From contig JANHCV010000011.1 of the NCBI GenBank assembly GCA_025594325.1, positions 620,001-684,000 of the forward strand: 64,000 nucleotides of DNA, read 5' to 3'. A program made the position numbers and the translations under genes. The number at the start of each line of letters is the position of its first letter. The stretch's first letter is position 1. This DNA comes from Blastocladiella emersonii ATCC 22665. Lineage: Eukaryota; Fungi; Blastocladiomycota. The notes below the pieces were generated by a model that searched no databases, was not told the DNA's origin, and worked only from the letters and a program-made list of their open reading frames with translations. This document shows positions 11,400 to 22,622 of this stretch, piece after piece.

Positions 11400-13450
11400 G
11401 TTTGCCACTCCGCTAGTGAGCCACGCCCACTCATGCCCCAGCGGGAGGCGTCCGTCAATCGATGTTGAGTCAGACGTCGAGGGTACGATTCGATAGTCCA
11501 TCAAGCATTGAGACGCGAGGAAGAGTTTGAACTTCTTTGGGCACAGCTGGGATCATGGCCTGGAGGATTATGGTCACAGGCACGGAAAAGTGCCGAGCCT
11601 TGGATCCAGATTACTATTTTGATGGTGATGCCCAGCGTTGAGCGTGCGGGAAGGCCGTAATTGATAATGGAGGCCGTCGTTTGACGTCTTGATAGGATAC
11701 AGCCCAGTGAGCCGGGCATGGTGGCCGAGGAACCGCTTGGCAAGGTTGAAAAGAGCCCAAATCATTACTCGTAGTTGTGGCGCGTCACTGTTCTGTGCGA
11801 GTTGATTCACGCGGTTGAAATCGAAGTTGGTCAATCAACGGGCTTTTGACCTTGTCCAACAGTTGGTCTTACTGCGATTGTAACACTTGGCACCGTGTCT
11901 AGATTCCCCACCCCCCTCCCCCCTCCCCCCATTTTATGCTCCGACAACATGTTGTGCATGAGAAACACAAGGATCGGGTGTTCGGCGAAGCGACGATCCA
12001 AGTTGAACAGGAGCATGCATATGTGCCTGCGCTATAATCCCGGCCTGCGTATGAGGAAGAGGGAACAGCGTGGGAAGGAACATGGCGGTGAACCCCTCCA
12101 TGTACTACTCGCTGACTGGCGAAGGCGAGGTCGGAATGTGGAGGATGTTGGACTCATTGTCCAGTGAGACCTCGCCCCGCTGGATAGCCACAATTTTCTC
12201 TGACGACCGACCGATCAACTTGCTCATGTCACTGAGTTTGCGAAACACGCCGTTCGACTCGCCAAGAGCTAGAAACAGAGCTCCAGTGATCGAATCATTG
12301 ATCGGAACTCGCCCTGTTTCATGGTGCGCCACAGTGGCTGAGTGGCGCTACGCGTTCGTCTGTGCGGTCGGCAGATTGTCCAGGCGCGTTCTCAGTCCGC
12401 ACGTTGGTGTCGTGAAGGTCACAGCGCTCACTCAACTCAACTCGACTCAACTCGACGACATCGGCCTTTGGAACCTGCGTTGGACGTACGACCATGAGCA
12501 GATTCATGCCGTTCTTGGACAGCGCGTTGAGCCGTTTGTAGTTGATGAGGAGGCCGGCGTAGATAGGAGTTGCCAGTCTTGAGCTATTCGATCGCCGCGA
12601 TGATTTTGCATCGCCAAAATGTGAGTTTCTAATTCATATCGGCGGTCAAGGTCATACTGCAACCGTCGTTCACATTGACGGTCAAGGTAGCGCTAGCGGC
12701 GATGCATTGGCGTCTTGCGAGAACGCGATGCAGTTGCATTCGAGGAACGGCTAATTCATGCGCTTGTAACGGTTGTAGCCGAAGTTGGGGACGTGAATGA
12801 TGTCGGGCTAGACGTGGGGGACCGCAAAGGTTGGCGGACCGCTCACTGACTGGAAAATTACACTGAATGCCCTAGTAAGCGAGAGTTTATAACGATAACT
12901 GAGGATGGAGAGGAATGGCAACAGAACAGGGCCGGAAGAAGCGGAGATGATCCGCACACTTTAGATATCCTGGTAAGAAAGAGTAAGGTATATCTCCTGG
13001 TGTGGGAGCAAGAGCTGATTGGCCAGCGACCAGCCATGGAAGCGGGATCGTCAGTTGAAGCGGGCCGGACCGCCTGGGTCAGAAGCAGAGCTGATACTGA
13101 TCACGCGACTGAAACCATTTGTACGCGGTCGGCGAAGCGCCGCGTACCGATGACGGGACGGATCCAGGCAATGTACAGCTAGCTACTCAATGCGGTTTAG
13201 CGTGAGCGCTGGACAGGCGGTCTGACGAAACAAACGTGTCGTGTGGAAATTTAAGGGGTAGCTCAAGCCAGAGCTCAAGCTGGGAAAGGGGGGGGGTTGA
13301 AAGGCAAATATCAGAGTCGACGTAGAAGCCATAGTGCCGTAGCCAGAGAGTTTAAGTCCAAGTCGGTTCGTGGTGGCACAGTTGCGGCGCAGCAGGTGGC
13401 GCACTCACTCAGTGTGGGAGACGACTTGCGCGACAGCTCGCATCACATGT
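11400..13450 (-). mobile_element. Heavily degraded Helitron/Helentron Rep relic (DUF6570-like, Helitron_like_N-like and HUH remnants)
   Basis: Minus-strand fragments occur in the expected order: CATC...SLATALWL (~13.35 kb), NCIAFSQD (~12.73 kb), PIYAGLLINYKRLNALSKNG (~12.53 kb), PVSE*YMEGFTAMFLPTLFP (~12.1 kb), LDRRFAEHPILVFLMHNML (~11.97 kb), IINYGLPA (~11.66 kb) and SGRGSL (~11.42 kb). Many stops and frameshifts; boundaries approximate. Confidence 0.6.
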
Positions 13451-13848
13451 TACGCGTCGCTCATGCGGTGGTGATCGGGGTGATCACCCACCTGATCTCG
13501 CGTGATTCGCCCGCAACTGCATCCCGCGGCGGCGCTTCCGCTTTCGTTATCCATTCTCCCCCCGCCCCGTCTTGGGTTCGGGCCCGAAGGCAGGGAATAC
13601 ACATCCCTGACTAGCTGTCTCCTGGCCTCCTCGAGTTGGCACGCGCAGACTAACATCACACACACGGAAGACGAGCACAAATAAAACACAAGTGTTTTTG
13701 ATGAGAGATTTTTATTAGATACTGGAAATGATGACGCGGGGAGTGGCCGGAGCTAGAGAGTTGGAGGGTCGGAGCTGGAAAGTGGGACGTTGGTAACAGA
13801 GGACAGAGCTAGAAATGAAGCATCACGTGAAAAGCAGCACGTTACTGA

Positions 13849-13924
13849 TGCCCAAACTCCCCAGCTTTAGGCCAAATACCGGGTGGGAGAAACTCAGCAG
13901 CCTATTGCTGAGGAGTTTGGGGCA
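13849..13924. repeat. Short inverted repeat/hairpin (possible tiny MITE)
   Basis: TGCCCAAACTCCCCAGC ... GCTGAGGAGTTTGGGGCA, with an inner CTCAGCA/TGCTGAG hairpin. Confidence 0.4.
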
Positions 13925-16050
13925 AGTGGGCACGTGATATGACCAACGCGTACATGGGCTGAGGTGAATATGGCTAGAAACCGCCCGGGGGGGGGATGTT
14001 CATGCAGGTGAGGTTTTTGAGCAATTTCACGCGACGCATGTGATGCTCAGGTCACGCGCGCGCGCGTAGCACCAATTGCGCCATATTTCCCACCACCACG
14101 AACACGGCTGTTTGCGCCTAACAGCAGCCGGTGTCTCGCAGCCCGTTCCCCGTTGCCCTCAAAACATGGTCGCACCTCCGCCACGGACGTGGGCTTCCCA
14201 TTAGCTCACGTTTCCGGACCATACAGGGGTGTGCGGCCTCCTTGCTCTGCCTCTCCCCCTCGTTTCATCCTCATCTTGGCCTCCATCATTCTCCTGAATA
14301 AAACTCACTTTTCCGTATCATACAGCTATCTTGGGAATCCTGTGGGTTCGAAACCGCCAGCGCCATGTTCCTCCCAAAGTACTGACTTGACGCTGGACAT
14401 AATCAACGATCTTAAGTGCGTCGCTTCTTCAGCATCACGAAGAAGAGGTGGGGTGCAGGAAACGAGTTGTGAAAGTGGGCACGGTCAATTGTGTTACATC
14501 AGCCTTAAAGGGACTTGAGGCACGCTTGTAAATTTTGAAAACCCAAGCGCCCACTATTTGAGGCCGATACACAATCTTACAGCAAGAGAGCATGGCCGCT
14601 AGCGCGATGCGATCGTGTCAATCCAACCGTGTTATCCAAGCTTATTGACGCACAGCTCGCCGGCACTCATGTGGCCAAGACTGAGAGTTTTAAACGTTGC
14701 TCACATCCCGGCGTCACAAGATCATTGCGGCGCTTGGGTGGCTCAATGCCTACAACGCAGCTCAACTCGCTGCTCAAGGACGGCAGGATCTCACTTACGG
14801 TCAAGCGTGCGATGCAGGCTGCAAACACAGATTCCAGATAAAAATGAGCTCATTGGGTTCCAGGACGACCAGCTGCGGCCCAACAACGCGCCCTGGGATC
14901 CACTTGACCGCACCGGCACTGGTTAACGAATGTATTTGATCGCGTTGGGCCACTCAGCCACTGTGGCGCGTCTTGAAACAGATCACTGATTTGATCACTG
15001 GTTGGGCATCACTCGCTCTTGGCAAGTCTGCCGGCATGTGCCGAAAGCCAATGGGCATGGTTGTTTATGATATTCATCCGTGGAAAGATAATTGCATTTA
15101 TCAAGAAGGGCGAAGTCCCACTCGCTGGCGAGGCCCAAATTACACAGGTGTCAACGTCGTATTCGTAACCCAGCAAGTTCAGGTTTAACCGCCGCATATG
15201 CCCCCCAATGCTGTCGTTCTACGGTTTCAGCAACCTCATGCCCAAGCTGTGATCATGGCACGGGCACATTCCTATGCTCTTGCTCTCAAGAACGATCAGG
15301 GTTTCGCCAAAAGCTCGGTGCTTACGTTTCCAGCGTGCACATAGTAAGTAACCTTGAAGCGCAAATTAAACACCATGACTTGATTTCAAAGGAGCATTGA
15401 AGTCCAAGAACGGCTAACTGTATGACGCAATTGGCCTGCTTGAGCGTGTGAAGCAACTTGCGAATAAAAAACAAACGATAACGCGGTATATATATTGGAT
15501 AACGATTGGTCGCTGCTCAAACTCATCGAAATTGCTTCGGCAAACGTCCCTGGATCTTCAAACTGGCCCCAGTCAAGGTGACAGGATAATCTCGCTGCCT
15601 CCATCAACCAAGGGTCCCTAGTTTTTTTTTTTTTTCTGTCACGCTGAGCTCGTACGACATCGAATAGCCTACTATCGCGCTCATGTCGGATCTCGCTATT
15701 GAAAAAATTACCAGCATTCACGGTTTCTTTTGAACAAAACAATACTGCCACGTCTTTGCCACCAAGGATCATGTCGCCGTCGCGTTGCACTTTGACCTGC
15801 TCGTCAACGATCCATGCAGACTGATTCTGGCAGTAGGACTTGAGCTATACGAGTATGCCGCAATGGCACAAGAGATTGACTACAATGCAAGATTTGCCAC
15901 GCGCAAGCAAGCAGCGTTGCACTTTGCTTGCAAGCGATAATAACCCGTCTGGAATAGACAGGGGGGATTGTATTGAACCAATTCAATGAGACCTTGGTAT
16001 AAAAAACGAGTTGCTGCTTCCTGGAAACCTACATCAAGGGCGAGAAAAAG

Positions 16051-16122
16051 TGGAGGAGCCGAGGATCGAACTCGGGGCCTCTCGCATGCGAAGCGAGCGC
16101 TCTACCACTGAGCTACACCCCC
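16051..16122 (-). tRNA. tRNA-Ala (anticodon CGC)
   Basis: 72-nt cloverleaf GGGGGTGTAGCTCAGTGG...CTCGC TT CGC AT GCGAG...GTTCGATCC...CTCCA; G3:U70 alanine determinant; oligo-T terminator. Confidence 0.95.
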
Positions 16123-16217
16123 AACCTGAAGAACTTCATGCTCATCGGGCGCCGCAGACCAATATAATTATTTGATAAAAGCTCATGTTCCTGAGCGAGG
16201 GTGCCCTGCGCCTATAA

Positions 16218-16366
16218 GGGTCCGTTTGGTTCCGGGGTTAGCTGGATCAGCTGGATCACTCCTCAGTAAAATACACGGGATGAAGGTGCCACGTTTCAGC
16301 TGGCTGAACACCAGACAGTGTAAAATTGGTTGATCCAGCTGATCCAGCCGCGAACCAAACGGACCC
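16218..16366. mobile_element. Tourist-like MITE (PIF/Harbinger derivative), 149 bp
   Basis: TIR GGGTCCGTTTGGTTC / GAACCAAACGGACCC plus subterminal GCTGGATCAGCTGGATCA / TGATCCAGCTGATCCAGC. Left flank is TAA and right flank TTG, so the TSD is imperfect. Confidence 0.75.
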
Positions 16367-17614
16367 TTGGTTTAAGAGAGCAGTCCGCTGGCAGGTCTGA
16401 GTGCAAGACGCGTCTTGGACCAGTCATGCGTCTGGCATGTAACTGTTGTTTGTTTATGGAATGTAGCTTCAAACCTCAGCAGCAAGGCTCAGCTGGAACT
16501 TAATCAGTTTGGGACAAATAGCTGCGTCAGTGGCTAAGAACCATCTGTTGCGCCTTGTGATCTAATCGCTTGGGAGCAGCTTGTGTTGCAGCATTTTCTG
16601 ACGGCTAGCATGCCTACGTTGCACAAGAAGATTGTTCCCTCTCACCTGGTTTCTGGTGAGTAGAAAGGTTGCACAGCACAGTGTAAGGCTTCTGCTGGGG
16701 TTGTAGTTTGGCTGCAAACACCAGTATGGTGCGTCACTTTGGCTATGCGCCAGCTTTGGATCACCTTCCAGAGGAGAGTTTGACAAGCTGTGTTAGGCAT
16801 AACAACACTCGGCTTGGTCACAGTCAGTTGCCTCCACTTCCCTGTTTCTCTGGTTGCTGTACAGTACCCACAATAGCGGGTCCCCCATTGTCTCAGCGTG
16901 TGGTCTCTAGCCAGCTACATGGCTGCTGCTTGTACAGCGTGGTTGGCAAGGCCCGCGCGTTGGCCTGCGAAGCGCTCAAGGGCGAAGTTTGACGTCTGTA
17001 CGCAATCATGGCAATGGCTGTGTACTGTATGTTGCGCCCAGATCTTGCGCCGTCTCAGTTGGCAAGCGTGATGCTCTCATGAAGCTGTTCAGCCACAACT
17101 AGCGTGGCAGCGATCCTGCTCAGTTGCTCTTAGTTGATTGTGTGGTGCAAGGGTACTTGGCGCGCACAATCAAGGCGCGCTAGCGCTCCATCAACGGCAC
17201 CACCGCTGAAGCGTGGCTGGCCGCGTTTGTGCGTGCGTGAGCGCACCTTGTTGCACAAAGAGTTACTAAAGAAGATGGAATCGCGATCCGTTTGGCAACC
17301 TTCAGTTTGCGCCGCCACGTCCATAGTTGACTTGATCCAGCTCAAGAGCAGGAAAAGACGCGCAATAGCGAGAAATAGGCGCGAGGTGACGCCTCCAACG
17401 CGTGGTACTGACGCTTTGCAACTCGATCACTTGAGTCCCTCTGCGTAAAACGAGTCCGAAGCACGATCTTACTCAGCATTAGCCCTGAAGCGAGTTCCGT
17501 GCCTCTCACTTCAAAAATCATGCAGTTCTTTGCATTGCGCGCCCACAACGCGTCAGTAGCGCCAGGTGATTGCAGCAAAAGGGCACTTGGGCAAAGCCCC
17601 GCACAGTTCACACC

Positions 17615-17788
17615 TGTCACGGTTCAGTGATCCGACGGCTCGGGCTGGTGGCGCGGGCTGGTGGCGCAGTCCCTCATAAGCCGAGCGTTGCCCTCGCTCT
17701 CCCTCTCTCTTGTCATTCGTGATACAATCCTTCATTATCCGGCTAGTCATTCCTCGTGGCACAAGACCCTCCCCCTCGGCACCTTACA
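17615..17788 (+). mobile_element. Solo LTR of the intact chromovirus family
   Basis: 174 bp TGTCACGG...CCTTACA, identical to the LTR at 42953-43126 and flanked by a 5-bp TSD ACACC/ACACC. Confidence 0.95.
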
Positions 17789-18258
17789 ACACCCAAACAG
17801 AGTGAGTGGTGAAGGTACTGGCAAGGAAGCAGGCGCAGGTCCAGTGAGGCTGCTCTGTCCAGAGCCTCATTTATTTCCGTGAGGTTAGGGTTGGTGGTCA
17901 GAGAGGGGGAAGCGCAGGGAGGAGGGTCATGCAGGCGCAGTGGAGTAAGGTGGGAGGTGTGCAGTGCAAGGTCTAGCTAGCACGAGCGCTTCATCAGCTG
18001 CCACATCAGGAGCGCGTGTGGGCCTGGGGCTGCAACCCAAAAATCTCGTGTGCGCCCTGTGAGACGCGGCTTCCCCAAACGTTTTTATTGCCCCACCCAA
18101 CCATTGCCCAAACACAGAGGTGATACAAAACCAAGCATGTGACTTCCCTACCACCTCTATTGATAACTATTAGCTGTGCTCAGTCTTGTGTGGTCCTTGG
18201 TTTTGGGAGTGGCGAGCGCGAGAACGAAAAGGAGGAGAGAACGAGGAAATGGAAAAAG

Positions 18259-18330
18259 TGGAGGAGCCGAGGATCGAACTCGGGGCCTCTCGCATGCGAA
18301 GCGAGCGCTCTACCACTGAGCTACACCCCC
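18259..18330 (-). tRNA. tRNA-Ala (CGC)
   Basis: Identical 72-nt body to the 16051 copy; oligo-T terminator. Confidence 0.95.
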
Positions 18331-18959
18331 AGCCTGAAGAACTTCATGCTACGACTGCGCTGCGGGCTAATATATTGTTGAATGACTCCGCGTCACTCCT
18401 CAATTACAGTGAGTTCAGGCAAGTTTCGAGTCGCCAAGCGGGCTTGACAGTCTGAAAATTGACATTCCGTCGCGTGGCTCACGGACCTGGCACTCCCATC
18501 AGCTTAGGGGGAGGCGATGAGTCCAACGTGGCCCTGAAAATCGCGGCTGAACCCAGTGCCGAACCCTCCGCGCCCGCCACTTGACCTTGACGCGTCTTTC
18601 ACCGCGTGTCTCGCACCGCGTGTTCCGCGTGGGATTGGAGCAAAAAAAAGTTAGTGTACTTGAGGCACCTAAACGCTTCACATCTGTTTTCCAATTGAGG
18701 GCCTAAGTCCGCGCAACGTAAGGCGCTCGCGCCGTGGAAGAGCACTCACGTTCAAACGGCGGCCAGGCTCACGTTGAGCGGGTCTGCGCGTCGTTCCTGC
18801 AACAGTGCTTGTCATCTGGTTGAAAAGTCGACGCGAGGTAGTCCGTCGCGTAGCCTGATGCTCTGCGTTGCGTCTACAGAAAGGGAGGGCGGGGCAGATT
18901 GTCTCTTGCGCCTGGTGGCAGCGGAGTAGCATCTTGGATCAGCGCAGGCCTTTGACGCT

Positions 18960-19800
18960 GTTCAGCGCAAAAGCCCACACGTGCTCCCAAACGGCGCTCA
19001 AGGCGATGGCTGTGGCAGCGGGGAGCGTGAGACGTGGGTCAATGAGCTCGCGCAGGTGGCCTTACTCATGCTTAAACCACGCGACAAGTGGTGCGTCCGC
19101 AATGGCGGCCGCCGTGCACTTGGTGTGGTTTGGGTTGAGGATCCCCCAGCCCTGGAAGCCCAGAAGCGAGTTTTCAGCGCGAAAGTCTTCTTGGCGGGTG
19201 CGGCGTGGGCCGCCTCAAGGTGCGGTGGCGAGGGCTGAAATGTTGCCAGGTGCAGGCACAATACGAGCAGTTGCAGTCAGGGCGAGCAGCGAGTTGTGTT
19301 GCGCACCGTGTAGGCGGCGGAGAGCGCGTTGCGGGTCCAATTCGAGATCGCAGCCGCGCCAGCGCACCTTGAAGCGCGTGTCCAGCTCCACACAGACAGC
19401 GGCTGCAACTCCCAGCGGTACATGCGCAATGGCGCCCTTGTTGGCAAGCGCGTTGGCCTCCTTGTTGTCTAAGCTCTCAGTGTGGCTGCAAACCCACTCC
19501 AAGTTGTCCTAGAGCTTACGGGCCGCAATGATAAAGCAGAGCATGGCCCACTTGAGCAAGTATGTTGCCCAGACCCGCACCCTTGGATAAAGCAAGAGTA
19601 TCATCTCTTACTTGACGGAGCTCGGGCCTGATTAATTGATCATACAACGAGTATCGCAGTGCATTGCGGTGAGCGGCCAGCCAGGAAAAAAACTCCGCCT
19701 TTTCCCCCGCCCGTGCGTTCAAGCCACGTGGCTCATCTTGGGCCTGCGCGTTGGTCACTCCATGTGTGCAAGGCAGATGTCCCGCTCTTGCCTTTGGCCG
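18960..19800 (-). mobile_element. Degenerate LINE 3' region (RNase H and C-terminal zinc-knuckle remnants)
   Basis: Fragments FPGWP / TAILVV, LEWVCSHTESLDNKEANALANKGA (compare the RNase H pattern WVKGH...GNExADxLAKxGA) and WEHVWA; interrupted by stops. Confidence 0.6.
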
Positions 19801-20835
19801 GCCACGGAGTTGCTAGTTATGTGAAGGTGAGCTTGGCACTGTGGCAAGTGGAAGCAGCGGCAGCGAGTGCTCCCCACAGCTTGGAACGGAAGCTCAAGGA
19901 GTTTCCGCCAGGAACGCAACAGCGAGTTCTGGTGACCCACTCACAAAAACTCCCACGCCTGAAGCCGCGTCCGGCGCTCAAGGACTGCGCCGTGGTGCAA
20001 TCCGTCTGCGGTAACTGTCCCGCTTGTATGGATCTGACCCTGCTTGCACGCTCGCTGGCGGGCAGCTCAGCTCACACAGGTGTCTGCTTGCACTACTCTT
20101 AGAGGCAAGCGCAACCGGTGGCTGCGGCGGCGCGCGTCTTCAGATGTTTGCACCAGTTAGTTCATAGATCTCATCGTTGTTCACCCTTGATTAAATTTTC
20201 GCGACCAGGAGTCGCCGCTGGGTTGGCGAGGCAGACGCGTTGTGGTGCGAGACACGCGGTGCCATTTCAATCACGTACTTGGCGTGTGGGCTAAGGTTCA
20301 TGAAAAGGGCCTGCGTCTTGGTGGTTGGCGCACAGGCAAAGGCCCTGCAGAAGGTGAACCAGGCGCCTCATCCCAGTTGGTGTATGAGTCCACGCACGTC
20401 TTGCAAACCGGCTCTCTAAGCGAAGGAACCTCATTCAAATTTCTCTGGCTCATGTATAATGTGCTTGCTGAAGCAACAGAAGGCATGCAAACGTGATAGA
20501 CGGGTACTTGCAAGTTCATTCCAGCTTTTGGGCCAGGGCACAGCGCTGAGATGAAGATCAGGCCTCACGTATACATCTCGAAATTATTGCAGCAGTTACA
20601 AAGTTTTGGTTCAAGTCGTTGAGGTTGCCTGAGGGAGGAAGCGCGCGAAATAGCCCAACGTGCTGCAGCGCCTGCACATTGGCCCGCACGCATGCAGAAG
20701 GGAGGCGCATTGAGCTGTGAGACCCTCCATGAGACGTTCTCATTGCCAGCGCACTCAAACTCCCTAAAACTTTGCCTATTGAAGTTCGGCTATGAGTGGT
20801 GCAAAAGGAAACATGAAAGATTGGGTCGGTCATTA

Positions 20836-21872
20836 GGGCCCGTTTGGTCCACGGCGTTCTGACAATTCAGCCACGCATTTTCTCATTCTGGCGGAACGGG
20901 GCTGACGTCAGAACTCGTTCTGAGGCTGAGTGAGTGTTTGGTCAATTCTCGCGTGGCTGACCGGTTATGCTCATTTTCTCCTGAACGGTTTGGGACCTCT
21001 GGAGGTCCCAAACAACGCTCAGAACCGTTCTGTCGCTCGCTTCTCCCCGCAATACTTGCTTCCCCTCGCGCCGGAAAAATATACTCGCCGCACCAGCGGG
21101 TTCCGCAACTTTTACTGTGTCTCAGAGCAGTCCCTGTCAGGACTGCCGTGCAGAAGCTTGCACTCTGATGCGCTTCGCTTGCCCCCCCCCCCAACGTCTT
21201 TTAGGCCGCGCACCACCCATTCGCGCACAAAAGCTATGTCCAATGCCGCTGTCACGGCGTCCGCTACGTTTACTCTCAAATCGGAGCGTGCGCCATGGCC
21301 CCCATCACCTGATTGATGGCACACCTGATGCGTCTCCCAAGCTCAAGAGAGTCAGCGTCTCTGGCGATGACAGTGCGCTCCACATGCGCAAAGGACATAT
21401 ATAGTTGACGATTCCGCGTCACAAGTGAAAGACCTTGTGCTCCCCGCGCGACGTTGCAAGTGCTGAGATGTTGAGTGAAACTGCTGACCGCGTTGTTCAT
21501 GTGAGCACTGACCACGAACCGACCACGTACACCATCAACACCTTGTCTGCCGAGTACTCGACGTAGTTTAAAGGCCCAAATAGGAGCGCACGAGTTCTTC
21601 CTGGTGAGGAGATGGAGAATAGAAGCGAGACTCAGCGCAGGGACCGTGTCTGAGCGTACCTCGCTTCATTCGCTGATGCGAGTACTGATGGTGACGAAAA
21701 ACGAGTGTATGAAGGTGAGCGATGATTACTGAGGCAGTAAGCAGCTCGGGCGCTTCCACTGGGTCGCAGCGAGCGTTCTCAGTGAGTGTGAGAATGAAAT
21801 GAGGCGATGACGTTTGGGTCACGGTTCTGCTCTGACGTGGCGTTCTGACGCCATTTTGAACCAAACGGGCCC
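20836..21872. mobile_element. Non-autonomous PIF/Harbinger element, 1037 bp
   Basis: TIR GGGCCCGTTTGGT / ACCAAACGGGCCC, perfect TTA/TTA TSD and subterminal CGTTCTGA repeats at both ends; no intact ORF. Confidence 0.85.
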
Positions 21873-22550
21873 TTAATCGGAACGGTTCCTGCAGCGCAGC
21901 CATGGCGAGCCCTCAAGACGCGCCAGCGCCGACCTGGCTGTTGGAATCTCACACGTTCAATGAACTTCAACCAGCTCTCAAGAGTTTTTGGTGTTAGTTT
22001 CCCTAGGCCCTGCTTGAGCACTGGAAACCATGGAGAAGGGTAAGATAGCACAGCTGTGGCCAGCGATGGCAGAGCGCAACGAGGGAAGCAACTTGTGACG
22101 TATTCACATTAGTCTTTGCGCCCCACATGATTTTGATAAGGGTGATGACAAAAACTAATACGCCAAGCAAGGCAACGCAGCTCAGAGCCGCTTCACAGCA
22201 GCGAGAGTTGACTTTGCATGAACGAGTTCAGCGTCCTCTGTAACGTTTTATGTGAGTGCTCAAAATCGTGCAACGGGAGCTGGCAGCCAGCTGGAGAAGT
22301 GCCCGGAGCCATCTGGAAGCCAGCTGGAGTGGCTGAGAGCTCGTTCCAGCTGGTGGCCAGCTGGCAAGCCCCAGGGCGGGATTGGGCATGTAGGCTAGTT
22401 CAGCAGTTGGGTCTGCACTGTTCTCCGCTAACTATATATTTACCAGCGTGGCTAGTCCAAGGTCATGACGATCAATAAGCTTACGAACACTAAGTATGTG
22501 TCGATTCGGCAGCGTATTACTGACGATATCAAAATTTGTTGGGAAAAAAG

Positions 22551-22622
22551 TGGAGGAGCCGAGGATCGAACTCGGGGCCTCTCGCATGCGAAGCGAGCGC
22601 TCTACCACTGAGCTACACCCCC
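22551..22622 (-). tRNA. tRNA-Ala (CGC)
   Basis: Identical 72-nt body; mirror of 61112-61183. Confidence 0.95.

Noticed and set aside
13822-13829. ATCACGTG matching budding-yeast CDEI
   Set aside because: A single common E-box with no AT-rich CDEII or CDEIII; point centromeres are not expected in this lineage.
18600-20261. 18-bp inverted pair CACCGCGTGTCTCGCACC enclosing the LINE relic
   Set aside because: No TSD and no extension of similarity, and shorter GTGTCTCGCA matches occur elsewhere, so it cannot be supported as a TIR element.
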